Of a DNA stretch of 64,000 bases, positions 51,991-64,000 are shown in pieces. This DNA is from Rhynchobatus australiae (taxonomy: Eukaryota): positions 12,668,307 to 12,732,306 of the forward strand of contig JAUZTB010000057.1 in the NCBI GenBank assembly GCA_034780895.1, in the 5' to 3' direction. A program made the translations under genes and the position numbers. The notes beneath the pieces were generated by a model. The model was not told the origin of the DNA. It worked only from the letters and a program-made list of their open reading frames with translations, and made no database searches. How positions within the stretch are numbered: the first letter of the stretch is position 1; each line of letters begins with the position of its first letter.

Positions 51991-53689
51991 TTCTTCTCGA
52001 CTTAACTTGAAAGATCCTAGAATGATATTTCCCTTGACAAAGAATCAACGGGAAACACCCAGAGTCAGCAGTCACCATTCAGGACTCAGACGTGAAGAAA
52101 TTTCAGCCACGATCTTATTGAAAGGTGGAGCAGTTAAAAGGGCCAAATGGTCGATTCCTGCTTCCATTTTTAGGTCTTTATATTCTTTCGGACTAGTTGT
52201 GGTTGTAACTGTGGTTGAAATGTGCCCACGTGATCCAATTAATGCAATTTGTAAATATTATTGTACTTATCTTAAAATGTAGGTCTTTTATAATTCAGTG
52301 CCTTTGCCAGCAGTTTCTTTCTTTTTAAATCAGTACTTTCAGGAACTCTGGAACCTTTTTGACACATTTGTAAAGGACAGAACAAGATGAGTTAATCTGT
52401 AATTGTAACACTTCCATCACAATATTTTCATTTTACTGATTCCATTCTTTCTTCCAAATATGTATCATGAAACTGAAACTCCTTTTGCAATCTGCATTTT
52501 GCAAACAGATTGAAAATGAGTTTAAAGATTTGACTGCACTGTGGGATATTACACTTTTGCCCACTGATATCTTTGAAATCTGTTCTATGGTATGAGCTGA
52601 TTGGTACCCTATGTGACCTATGTAGGTAACAGTGTCCATAAACTTTAGAGAATACAAGTCAGTGTACCAGAAGATGAAAAGCAAAACCATTGAGTCTGCA
52701 TTCTAATGCTTTATGTTTTCATGTAGATTGACCTTATTATTTCTCTAGCAAAAAAGTAGACTCTTTCAGTTCATGTCTAGACTTAGTAGAAATTGAGTCC
52801 ATAGGCTACAGATTAGCCCTAAGAACTAGTCCCCTTTATTGCTTTGTTCTTTAGAGTGAAGAGTTTCCATGATATACTGTAGCTCTGTGCAGTTAAAAAT
52901 GTTAGTCTATCATTTTGAATGCTTCATGAAATATTACCATCAAGAAATAAATGCAGCAGAGAGGCAAATACCTCTGTTCGTTTTCTTTTAAAACATAAAC
53001 CGTTACAATCTTCGCATATTTTCCCTCTTCTGAAATAACGTGTGTCTTTAATGCATGCTAGAACTAAAGGACTAATACTGGCAGATGGGGCTTGTTTACA
53101 CATGCTCCAAAAGTTCTTTGTACTCAATTTCTACAAAGTCAAAAATATACTGAGTGATTCTACCTTTTTGCTAGGGGAAGAAAATTCATTAAGGGGTTTT
53201 AAGATAAAACATTTCAATGTCAAAACCTGAAGCTTTCATTCCACTTTTAAAACGGATCTCAATCATGTGATACTCTTGATCCACCTAGTTTCATCTTCTG
53301 GTAAACTGACTTGTCTATCCTAAAATTGACATCTATTACTGGCTAGATGGTATGAACTATTTTATCCTGAGGTCATTCTCTTTAAAGTGCTTGATGGTCT
53401 TGTAAGAATGGCATCACTTTCTCATTGTTATCATGGTAAAAATCAAGTTAGCCATTCTGTTCTAAAGTGTATCAAACAACAACAGAAATAAACTCTTATT
53501 TCCAACTGTAAACTAAATATGTCTGCAACTTGATTGCTTTTGACTGAAAGTCCCTGCAGTTTTTGAACTAAAACATTCTTGGTGATGTTGCAATTATTTT
53601 TGCAATTTCTCAAACTTTGTAATTGCTTTTTAGTGCAATCTTGACTTCGGTTAGAAGTGATTAAACGTACCATGAGAATCCCATCCTAT

Positions 53690-53985
53690 TTCTGCTGCTG
53701 TTTTCCCGAGGTGTATCATTTACTTTTTTTAAAAAAGGAACATGAATTGTTTGCCTGAGGCTCTCAAAACCATCCCGAATGCTCCTTTTCCACTTTGAGC
53801 AGTCATGGGCTAAGGATTCCTTGGAATCTGTGAGGATGTCTCATTTAGTCAAAGAGGCTTTGAGCACATCCTTGAATCTTTTTTTCAGTCAGCCTGATAA
53901 TTTATTTCCATCACAGAAGTAGAGCGTCTGCTTTGGAAGTCTGGTGTTGGGCATGGCTTGCCCATCAGAGCTGGCTGATTCCCCA
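53690..53985 (-). mobile_element. RTE-clade LINE C-terminal fragment
   Basis: Reverse complement encodes MPNTRLPKQTLY...KKRFKDVLKASL, typical of the RTE ORF end. Confidence 0.7.
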
Positions 53986-54229
53986 ACATTACTTCATTGC
54001 TACACAATCCCTCCAAGAAACTTCCCATAGGAATGAGCCATTCTTCAGAACTAGTAGGAACCTCATCTACCTGTGGTGATTACGCTCCAGAACCAAGGTC
54101 ACCCCAACCTCAGTAGTCAAGCTGCATTATGAAAACAAACTCCATGCCATCATTAATTCATTCACTGAAACGTACACAGGGATGGCCCTTACACTCGACA
54201 TCTGCAAGATGGGCAGCACAGTGGCATGA

Positions 54230-54560
54230 GGGGAGGCACAGTGGTGCAGCCAGTAGAGCTGCTGCCTCATGGCTCCAGTGACCTGAGTTCAATCCTGACC
54301 TCTGGTGCTGTCTGTGTGGAGTTTGCATGTTCTCCCTGTGACTGTGTGGATTTCTTCTGAGTGTTCCTATTTCCTCTCACAAACCAGTTGGCAGGTCAAA
54401 TGACCACTAAATTTTCCCGAGAGTGTAGGTGTGTGATACAGTCTGGTAGGAATTGATGGGAATGTGGGGAGAATAAAATGGGATCTGTCTAAATGGCTGC
54501 TTGATTGTCAATGTAGACCCAGCAGGCCAAAGGATCTATTTTTGTGCCATATGACAATAA
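54230..54560 (+). mobile_element. V-SINE (HE1-like, tRNA-derived, CR1-type tail), near full length
   Basis: A-box-like GGCACAGTGGTGCAG, B-box GAGTTCAATCC, the V-domain TGTGTGGAGTTTGCATGTTCTCCCTGTG, and a CR1-like 3' end GGCCAAAGGATCTATTTTTGTGC. Confidence 0.88.
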
Positions 54561-54899
54561 CTCACGAAGAAATGACAATGATCCTCTACTAATGGTGCCC
54601 CCCTTCCATCCCAACCACCACCACTACCCTGCTGTGCCACACTGCCCTGTAACCCTCATATTGCTTCACTGTGCTGTGTTACCTGTCCTTTCTCTCTAAC
54701 ATTCTGAACTTACCCTTACTGGAACCCCTTGACCCCAGAATTTATTTTAGAGCCTTATCAACAGCCTTAATTATTTGATTTTTTCAGAACAGTTCCCAGT
54801 CCAATCCAAGTGAAGCATGAATCAGTTCTCTGTTACCTCACTACTGGTGCCAGTGCCTCATGAATTGAAACCTCATGAATTGAAACCACTTTTTCTCCC

Positions 54900-55110
54900 A
54901 CACCAACCTTTGGGCCACACATTCAACTCTCTGATCTGCTTAACCCCGTGCCAATTTGCTCATGCCTCAGGTGGTAATTCAGTGAGTATTACCTTTGTGG
55001 TTCTGCCTGTTAATATTGGTCCTTGCTCCTTGTACTCACTCAGCAGAGCCTATTGCTTATTTCCACCTATGTTATTCATTTCAACAATGATCTCAACAAA
55101 TCAGTGCAGA
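54900..55110 (-). mobile_element. CR1 ORF1 (SGNH esterase-like) relic
   Basis: Reverse complement gives ..NNIG....LLSEYKEQG..LTGRTTKVILTELPPEA*ANWHGVKQIRELNVW, resembling CR1 ORF1 (GTNDIG...RT.KVIISGLLP...IRELN.WL). Confidence 0.6.
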
Positions 55111-55611
55111 AATTTTCCATTGCTTACTCATCAGGTGTTGATTCACTTTCCATGATACAGTGAAATATTACAGAAATTATGGTGGTCACAGCACCTGCGC
55201 ATTGAAGGCACAGTCACACTATAGAGACAGGAGATTTTTTTTTCCCCCAGGTCCTTTAACCTACTTGTAGGTTCAGCAATATTTAGGACATCAATCTTAT
55301 CTATATAGGTTGTCAACACATAAAATATTAATGCAACCAGATAAAAGCAGAGAGTTATTTCTCAGCAGTTTACTGACACAGCAGCCGTATTTCTTTACCT
55401 TCATGAAGTTGCAGTCTCTGCTGCCTTTTTTCTTTAATTGGATTCTGCTACTTTCACACCAGTTTGGACTTTCTTACTTGGCCTGCTTTGGGCATCCACA
55501 CATTATTCCCGGGCATACCCAGTCATGTGACAACAAAAATACAACCTTCCAAAGCCCTCGACTTCGACTCACAGAATTTTCACTATACAAAGAAAACCAT
55601 TTAATCCATAA

Positions 55612-55685
55612 CTCATGCCAGAGAGAGTGAAATTCCAAGTCCTAGTTATGAAGGCATCGAATCCTAACCAGTGGACTATCAGGGA
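55612..55685 (-). pseudogene. Degenerate tRNA-Glu-derived sequence
   Basis: Reverse complement TCCCTGATAGTCCACTGGTTAGGATTCGATGCCTTCA resembles the 5' half of vertebrate tRNA-Glu(TTC) (TCCCTGGTGGTCTAGTGG.TAGGATTCGGCGCTTTCA). The T-arm and B-box have decayed. Confidence 0.55.
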
Positions 55686-56469
55686 ATCCTTGTACCAGGG
55701 TTTACTTCATTTTTCAGAGTTGAATCATGATTGGCCGCTTCACCATTAATATCCCACCCCATTCTCCAAATTTTGTCAAAAGATACATCAAAAGATAGGT
55801 CAAATCAGAAGAAACATTTCCAATTTGCAAGCGGTAGTGTTCGAAAAACAAAATCTCCATACAATGAAATCGCCCTCATCTGGCACATGCCATAATTGAC
55901 AGGTGCTGGTTAATCAAATGTGCTGATTGATCATGAGTTTGCCCAGCCGCACTTTCATTGTTGCTGCTGCATTGGCCCAGGTGCTCCCTTAACACTTCCC
56001 CTCCACTGATGTGGCCCCTCCCTCGGCATGGCCACTTTGTTGGTGTGATCCCTTGGCTTGGCCCTTCTCTCAGCCTGATTGCTCCCTTATTGTTGCCTCT
56101 CCATTGGTCAAGCTGTTCCTCCTGCCTGGTCCCTCCCTTAGCCCAGCAGTTTCCTCTCATGTGCCATTTACTCGAACAAACCAGATTGTAAAATGCTTGG
56201 TAACAAATTGTTTACCTTATCATGAGTCTCCCATTCAACTTGGGTGGCTTTGGGAATGCTCGTTCAAACTGAGGCATTGGTGGGAAAGGAAATTCTGGAA
56301 ACTCTTGTGTGCATGAGGCTGCTCCTTTGGGGATCTTGCATGAAGAGTTTTGCATGGAGTACTCTCATCAAAAATCTTTGTTATTTCTTGGGCTCTTAGA
56401 CCAACTTGCAGTTTTCTGCCTTCTGATTTGTCAGCTAATATTAATATATCCTTAGTGTTTGCTATACAA

Positions 56470-56470
<1 letters not shown>

Positions 56471-56510
<40 letters not shown>
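56471..56510. repeat. (TG)n microsatellite, about 20 units
   Basis: Read directly from the sequence. Confidence 0.98.
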
Positions 56511-56511
<1 letters not shown>

Positions 56512-56559
56512 ATGAACTGTAGCATGCTATCTTGTTAGGAGTTCCTTCTTTCTAGTGTT

Positions 56560-56830
56560 TGCTATGGCTTAGTTCAAAGCATTTAGCTCTTAATCAGGAA
56601 ATTCGGGATTCAAGTCCCAATCCAGGCTGATGCCCCTGGCATGGTGCCAAAAGAGTCAAAAGTGCCACCTTTTGGGTGAAGGCTATGCTTGCCCTTGCAG
56701 GTGCATATGAATGATCCTATGGCAGTTGGCACATTTTGAAGAATCTCCTTGGTGAACTGACCTATATTTATCTTTCAATCAAAGTTATTTAAATAGATTC
56801 TCCAGTTATTACCTTCCCTTGTTGTGCATA
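56560..56830 (+). mobile_element. DeuSINE (SacSINE1/AmnSINE-like) relic
   Basis: tRNA-like head (TGGCTTAGTT...GATTCAAGTCCCA) followed by Deu-domain-like CAGGTGCATATGAATGATCCTATGGCA...TTTGAAGAA...TATTTATC. Confidence 0.6.
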
Positions 56831-58569
56831 AATTATTTCCTGCATGGGGTAGGGGTTGTACAGGGAGNNNNNNNNNNNNNNNNNNNNNNNNNNNNNNNNN
56901 NNNNNNNNNNNNNNNNNNNNNNNNNNNNNNNNNNNNNNNNNNNNNNNNNNNNNNNNNNNNNNNNNNNNNNNNNNNNNNNNNNNNNNNNNNNNNNNNNNNN
57001 NNNNNNNNNNNNNNNNNNNNNNNNNNNNNNNNNNNNNNNNNNNNNNNNNNNNNNNNNNNNNNNNNNNNNNNNNNNNNNNNNNNNNNNNNNNNNNNNNNNN
57101 NNNNNNNNNNNNNNNNNNNNNNNNNNNNNNNNNNNNNNNNNNNNNNNNNNNGGGAGAAGTTAAAGCAATTTTAAGACATATTTGGAAAACTGCATTAATT
57201 ATAGTTCTCCTTACTTTTATTGATAAATTCTGATTATTTGCATTTTAATATATCCTTATTAGTTCCTCTTAGTTAGCTTCTTTTAAACATCTTTCATTGC
57301 ATTTGATTCATGTTCCCTACTGTTGCTGATGTGATTTGTTGTTCTTTTAGAAGTAATTAGTTTACACCAATTAGGTGCGAGTGTGCACACATACAAACCT
57401 GATTCCCATATTGTGATAGAGTAAATGGGCACTGAACATCAGAGCACAGCAGATCTCCAGTAGTCAATGTGTTATTTTTAAAGATTGTGGAAGAGGTCTT
57501 GCACGACAAGGTTAGGATTTTTGGAAACAGATTTAGGAAGAAGATTTCATGAGGTATTTCTTGGATTATTTCCCCAATCCTGCACTTGAATAACCATAGA
57601 GAGATTAGGAAAGTGAAAGCATAGCTAAAGGTACAGTGTAAAGAAAAAAAATCAATTTAGGGAAATAATGCATCTATATTTTGCAAGGATGGGTGCTGTC
57701 TGTAAAAGATAAAAAAAAGCTAAAATTCAGTCAAAATGGTTAAATAGATTGAATATGAAATGTAATTACATTGTAAAGCCTGGTATTGAAATGTGAGCAG
57801 TGAAATGAGACATTAAAATGTCTTTTATTTTCCTGCTTATAGAATAAACATAACCATAAGTGTATACGTTTATATATTGTTGATACCTCCACAAGGATAA
57901 CAGACTTCCAGCCAACCCACAGAGAACAGACTGCTTGCAAAACAAGGCTTAAGTTAGGACTGTAATTTTGTATAATGTTGACAGCATCTATTGATATCAC
58001 TTTACAAATTGGCATATGACTGTGACAAAGGTAATCTATGTCTCTTCATCTTTATTCACCTATCAATAAACTTTGATAGGTCCACACCATTTATCTCCAA
58101 TGTCCCAAAGATATACTGGTAGGTTAATTGTCAGTAGTGGAGGTGGGTGGCAAGAGAATCAGTGGGGCGGGGAGTGGGGGGAACTGTTGGATATGTGAGA
58201 AAGAATTGGTTATAGGGAGATAAGTGGGGGAATGGGACTGATGGAAATGTTCTGAGAACCAGCATAGACTTAATGGGTGGAATTNNNNNNNNNNNNNNNN
58301 NNNNNNNNNNNNNNNNNNNNNNNNNNNNNNNNNNNNNNNNNNNNNNNNNNNNNNNNNNNNNNNNNNNNNNNNNNNNNNNNNNNNNNNNNNNNNNNNNNNN
58401 NNNNNNNNNNNNNNNNNNNNNNNNNNNNNNNNNNNNNNNNNNNNNNNNNNNNNNNNNNNNNNNNNNNNNNNNNNNNNNNNNNNNNNNNNNNNNNNNNNNN
58501 NNNNNNNNNNNNNNNNNNNNNNNNNNNNNNNNNNNNNNNNNNNNNNNNNNNNNAAAACATTTTGGATCC

Positions 58570-58892
58570 TCTGTTGTAATATCCAAAAATATAGCAACTA
58601 ATTAGCACACAGCAAGATCTCACAAATAGAGGGAATAATGACCAAGTAATTTGTTTTGGGAAAGGAATAAATATTGGGAATGTCACTGTGGAAAAACTCC
58701 TCTTCACTTCTTCGAAGTAGTGCCACAGGATCTTTTGCATCCACCTGAAAGAGAAGGCAGGCTTGGTTTAAGTCCTATCCAAAAGATGGCTCTGTCAGTC
58801 ATTCCTCAGTGGACTGTTAGCCCAGAATTTTATTCTCAAGCTGCTGAAGTGGGGTTTGAACTTAGAACTTCCTGACTTTCCAACTGAGCCAT
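58570..58892 (-). mobile_element. DeuSINE (SacSINE1/AmnSINE-like) relic
   Basis: Antisense Deu domain CTTCTTCGAAGTAGTGCCACAGGATCTTTTGCATCCACCTGA, with an antisense tRNA head GTGGGGTTTGAAC...CCAACTGAGCCA. Confidence 0.7.
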
Positions 58893-58959
58893 TGATTCTC
58901 AAAACATGAAGTGGGATAGAAACACCAAATTGATTCAGGCCTGAGTGCAGATAACAGTT

Positions 58960-59798
58960 CTATAATCATAGAATCATTGTGGCACAGACGAGGTCATGTG
59001 ACCCACTGAGTCCGTGTCAGCTCCCTGTCAATTCCATTCCTCATTCTTTCCCTACAGTATAAATTATTTTCCCTCAGTTGTCTAACCAATTCCCTTTCCA
59101 AAGTCCTGTCTCTCTGTTTCCACCACCCTTCCAGGCAATGAGTCCCAGATCATAATTAATCTCCATATAAAAATGATTTTCCACCCATGCACCCCTGTGC
59201 CTTTTATCCCTCTCTGAACATGACCCCCTGCACTTTGAAACATCCACTACCGGAAGCAGCTTCTCTCTATTTATCATCTCTTTATCTTGCAAACTTCCTT
59301 CAAGCCTCCTGCCGACCATGGTTCCCAGGGGAATAACTTCACCTTCTCCAGTCTAACCCTGCAGTTGAAATTCTTCATCCTGGAACGATTCTAGAGAACC
59401 TTTAATGTACTCCGTCTAAGATCTTCACATCCTCCCTGAAGTGTGAGGACCAGAATTAAATGCAGTATTCAAGTCATGGTCTAACTAGTACTTTATAGAG
59501 GTTCAACATTATCTCACTGTGTTCTATGCCAGAACACAGTCTGTTTTGCTAACTGCCCTCTCTGCATGTCCTGTCAACATTAATGCACATGTAATCCACA
59601 TCCCTCCGTTCCTCTATATCTTTAGATCCGTGACATTTAGTCTAAATCGTCCTTTTGTTTATTCCTGGCAATTCGTTAAATCACTTCAAACTTAAAAGTG
59701 CTAAATTACGCCTGCCCCTTGTCTGCCCATCCACGTCCTCCTGCGTTTCGTTATCCTATCGGCAGTTCACTGCAATTTCATGATCAGTATCAGCAAAT
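58960..59798 (-). mobile_element. CR1 3' fragment, antisense
   Basis: The tail appears as ATCATAGAATCAT..CACAGA. Remnants include LYKVLVRP.LEYCI..WSSH and FADT at the edge of the gap. Confidence 0.75.
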
Positions 59799-60769
59799 NN
59801 NNNNNNNNNNNNNNNNNNNNNNNNNNNNNNNNNNNNNNNNNNNNNNNNNNNTAAACAGTGCATTCGCTTTATGAGCCGTCAGTTACTATGTGTGACCCAT
59901 GCACTTCCAGCTGGAAACACAATGTTTTTCATTATTCCGAATAGCTCCCTGTGCTGCACATTTCTTGGGGTTTAGACTGCCGAAAATAATTCAAGGGTTT
60001 CCTTACCTTGAATTGAAATTACTGGAGAATATTTATCCCTCTGTGTTGCCAGTGGTGTTAGAGAACCATCACTTTACCACTGTCTAAGTTAAGAAAACCT
60101 CGCCCTCTTGTGAATGATATGTTTCAAATCCTGGCATCTTCCGAAGCATGACTCTTTACAGCGGTAGGGCGAATCCCATTCTTCGAAAATCCAATTAACT
60201 TCATTACCTTTGAACTCATTTCAACAACCGTCCCGTTTTATGTCCTATTCTTCCTTATGGGCAGCTACTGCGTGCGAATGTTTAACTAAGAACTCTTCTG
60301 TCCCTACAGCAGATTTACTGCACTTCAGGAGTATGTATTGGCCTTTAAACCAGTGGGGCCGCGAAATGTGCTCTGTGAATACCAGTCTTCCTCCACCCTC
60401 CGGCTTGTACCATGGTCAAGTCCCACTGCACATTCTCGGTCTCATTTGTAATTACGAAATCCACCCGGCAACATTTGGGACAAAGCTATACAACCTTGTT
60501 TTAACACAGCATGCCGCACACGTGGTAGATGTTATGGTGGTTGGATCATTCAGAATGCTCACAACATTTACTTTGCAGTAGGCTTCCCCTTAATAAACGA
60601 CGCGAAGGAAGGAAGGTGAACGTCCGTCACTTTTGTTGTTCCATCTCCTTTTCTGATGGTCCAGTCATTCGCCCACTTTGAAGATAAGTTTGGACTTCAT
60701 CGCAGCAAAGGGTAACTCGTGATTAGCCGTAACGGTTGCAGACTTCGGGAAAATCTGCAAGTTTGCTTT

Positions 60770-62155
60770 CGGAATGGTGATTTAGGAGATTGGATTGAAA
60801 ATTGGCTTGGCCGTGGAAGACAGAGAGCAGTGGTGGAGGGGTGTAATTCTGACAGGAGGTCTGTGACCAGTGGTGTTCTGCAGGGATCAGCGTTGGACCT
60901 CCCTTGTTTGTGATTAGGACGAAAATGCAGGCGGGCTGATTAGTAAGTTTGCAGACGACACAAGAATTGGTGGAGCTGTGGGCAGCAAAGAAGGATGTGA
61001 AAGGATACAGCAGGATACAATCAGTTGGAAATATGGGGAGGGAATTGGTAAGTGGAGTTAATGTGGACAGGTGTGAGGTGTTGCGCTTTGGGAAATCAAA
61101 TGTAAGAGAAAACTATACAATAAATGGCAGGATCCTTTGGAGCACTGATGTACAGAGGGTCTCGGTGTGTAAGTCCATAGCTCCCTGAAAGCAGCAATAT
61201 AAGTAGGTATTGTGGTAAAGTAGGCACAATACATGCTTGCTTTCATCGGTAATGGGTGTTGGGTATAAAAGTTAGCAGGTCATGTTGCAACAGTATAAAA
61301 CTTTGATTAGGCCAAATCTGGAGTATTGTGGGAAGTTCTGGTAATCATACTATACGAAAGATAATATATAATATTTATTTATTAGTCATATGTACATTGA
61401 GACACACAGTGAAATGCGTCTTTTTGCTTTACAGTGCTGGGGGCAGCCCGCAAGTATCTCCGCTCTTCCAGCACCAACACAGCATGCCCACAGCTCCTAA
61501 CCTGTATCTCTTTGGAATGTGGGAGCACCTGGAGGAAACCCACGCAGACAGGGGGAGAATGTACAAACTCCTTACAGACAGCAAAGGGAATTGAACCCGA
61601 GTCACTGGCGCTGTAATAGCGTTATGCTAACGACGACGCTACCGTGCCGCTCTGATGTGGAAGCTTTGGAGAAGTTGCAGAAGAGGTTCGCCTGGATCAG
61701 AGAGCATTAGCNNNNNNNNNNNNNNNNNNNNNNNNNNNNNNNNNNNNNNNNNNNNNNNNNNNNNNNNNNNNNNNNNNNNNNNNNNNNNNNNNNNNNNNNN
61801 NNNNNNNNNNNNNNNNNNNNNNNNNNNNNNNNNNNNNNNNNNNNNNNNNNNNNNNNNNNNNNNNNNNNNNNNNNNNNNNNNNNNNNNNNNNNNNNNNNNN
61901 NNNNNNNNNNNNNNNNNNNNNNNNNNNNNNNNNNNNNNNNNNNNNNNNNNNNNNNNNNNNNNNNNNNNNNNNNNNNNNNNNNNNNNNNNNNNNNNNNNNN
62001 NNNNNNNNNNNNNNNNNNNNNNNNNNNNNNNNNNNNNNNNNNNNNNNNNNNNNNNNNNCGCAGGCAGATGTCCACTTGAAATTGGCATCATAGTCGGCAC
62101 TGATATCATGGGCTGAAGGGCCTGTTCCTGTGCTGTACTGTTCCATGTTCTATGA
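60770..62155 (+). mobile_element. CR1 3' fragment, contains a gap and a nested SINE
   Basis: Motifs WIENWLGRGRQRAVVEG..S...VTSGVLQGS, KFADDT and YKTLIRPNLEYC, with the tail CCTGTGCTGTACTGTTCCATGTTCTATG. Confidence 0.9.
61363..61653 (-). mobile_element. V-SINE with a Rex1-like 3' tail, nested antisense in CR1
   Basis: Reverse complement shows a tRNA-type head (GCGGCACGGTAGCG...TTAGC), B-box GGGTTCAATTCC, V-domain TGTAAGGAGTTTGTACATTCTCCCC, and tail CATTTCACTGTGTG...GTACATATGACTAATAAA. GAT is duplicated at the flanks. Confidence 0.88.
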
Positions 62156-64000
62156 AAGGGACATTCAGGGATTGAGTGGAAGTGGGAGATGAGTTGTGGG
62201 TGGAGAATCCACCAGGTGAGGATTTTTCTTACTCATTACCACTTTCACTGGACTCTGTGTCAATAATTAATGGTGCAGATTCGTTTGTTTTCCATCCCGG
62301 AAGATCATCGTAACCCCGAGAAAGAACGTTTTATTCTACTTGTCTTTCCCCTGGGCACTGAGATTTGTTCTTTTTCCTTGTTCCAATGTTGACTTCAAAT
62401 GGTCCCTGGCGTTTGGTTACATATTTTCGAGAATCCGAACATGAAATCTGCATGTGCTGTCACTGCCACTTCAACCTCGGTACGAACAGGTCTGTTCCTT
62501 TTGGCAACGTAAAACCTCATTTCAAACCTTTGGCACCGGCCTACTTCTAGGATCTCGGCTTCGAAACTGTAAAAGAGATGGAACCGCTTTCCATTCTAAC
62601 CTGCAGCAATCCACTCCAGTTAAATATTTACCTGAACACTTGCTAAATAATGGAACCACCGTCATGCATTCTAACTGGACATTTAAAAAAAAATTGTTGG
62701 TTTACAGGACGTTTATGGACTAATCCAAATGAGAATTAGTCCACTGATGAAATGTTACTATTTTTTTTTAATGAAATAGATATTTCTCCTGCATGTAACT
62801 CACGAGATGATGTGACGATGAACAAGTTGTGAAAGGGTTTTCATAAACAGTAAAGCACCAGACGCATCAGCTCTTTCTGTCGACATACAGGAAACACGAT
62901 GGGCCGAATTTACCTCTTACGATGTATATTGTAGTCGCGGATGGTGTTGTTGGTCTTCAGTCCATAACATTTGACAACAGAGGGTTATTTTTTCTCTAGA
63001 AAAAGCTGGAAATTAATATTTTTACTTATCATAACAATTATTTCCATGTAAGTAACACCTAATACTGTTGTAAACTAACATCGATCGACCTAAATCATAT
63101 GTAATCATTCCCCATTTTAAATAATTCTTTTCGATCTCATCTAGAAATAAACCATAACCAATTTGCAAACTTTCCATCAGTCCAACTCTAAATGTGCCTA
63201 AACATTTTCTGAAGATCCGGTTTCCAATCCCAGGTCGGTTTTATGGTTTGGTATTATACAAGTAAAAAAGGCCGAGTGCTGGTGCTTGACATTATAAGGC
63301 TCTCAGGTGAAACAAACGTGCAAGGCCAAGGAACGCGAAACTCGTTTTTAGCAAAGCTGAGAATGGAAAGTACATTGTCTATTTTTCCATACAGTTTGAA
63401 TAATCATTCGGTAAGTTGCTACCCATGACATCTTCATCATCTCTGGTGGGGCTACATGAATACTTTTGCTGTAAATTAAAATGTTTATTTTTAAATTTAT
63501 TGTCCGAGTCACGTATAAATGGAAGGGGACCTTCATATGCTACATGTGATGCCTTCACTTGCTTTGCGGGAGCATTCACAGAGCTAGCATACATTAAGTA
63601 TTCCGCTGTCGAACCAGGAAGACCTCAGTTTTACGCAGCGTCTTTCACAACCTCTTTCCAACCACTTTGCCACTGCTGTGTGTTTTAATCAAAGTTAGTT
63701 GTAATGTTGCTAACGGGAATCTATTTCCCCCTTCATTGCAGAAGGTCCGGGTGATTGTGACTTTTTGGATTAATGAAACTCAATTATTTCGATTTTGGGG
63801 ATTCGGCAGTTCTGATAATTGCACAGATCTTTATAGGGATAGAAAACATGGTCAACACTGCAAAATTTGATATTAGGTAGTCGAGAAGCTGAAAGCAGCA
63901 CTTAACTGCTTTGTAGTTCATAACTATTGCTTGTCATAAAGTATTTGAATAAAACAATGGCAAGGAGAAAGATAAGTCCTCCAGGAAAGACATTGTCACA

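Noticed and set aside
57400-57670. Possible very old CR1 ORF1 remnant on the plus strand
   Set aside because: The similarity is too degraded to support by eye, so it is not listed as a feature.

Overview
Vertebrate genomic DNA from a draft assembly with many N-gaps. The repeat content (CR1 LINEs, V-SINE/HE1-like SINEs, DeuSINE/SacSINE-like SINEs, Penelope, RTE and Rex1-like relics) points to a cartilaginous fish, probably a ray/batoid; this is an inference. The only protein-coding gene I can support is FBXW8 (F-box/WD40 substrate receptor of the CUL7 ligase) on the minus strand. Five coding exons are visible (51364-50897, 43307-43203, 42499-42335, 32223-32135, 15784-15627), with GT-AG boundaries and consistent phases, starting in a CpG island at about 50.0-51.6 kb. 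Later exons were not found and lie either left of the window or in gaps. The rest is intronic or upstream sequence full of decayed retroelements. Points worth a second look: a 58-bp-arm hairpin in the short intron 2, an out-of-frame uORF with strong Kozak context overlapping the FBXW8 start, a 33-nt coding duplication, two Rex1-tail insertions at the same motif of different CR1 copies, and an AT-rich but CpG-undepleted domain at the right end. I found no convincing novel multi-gene system.
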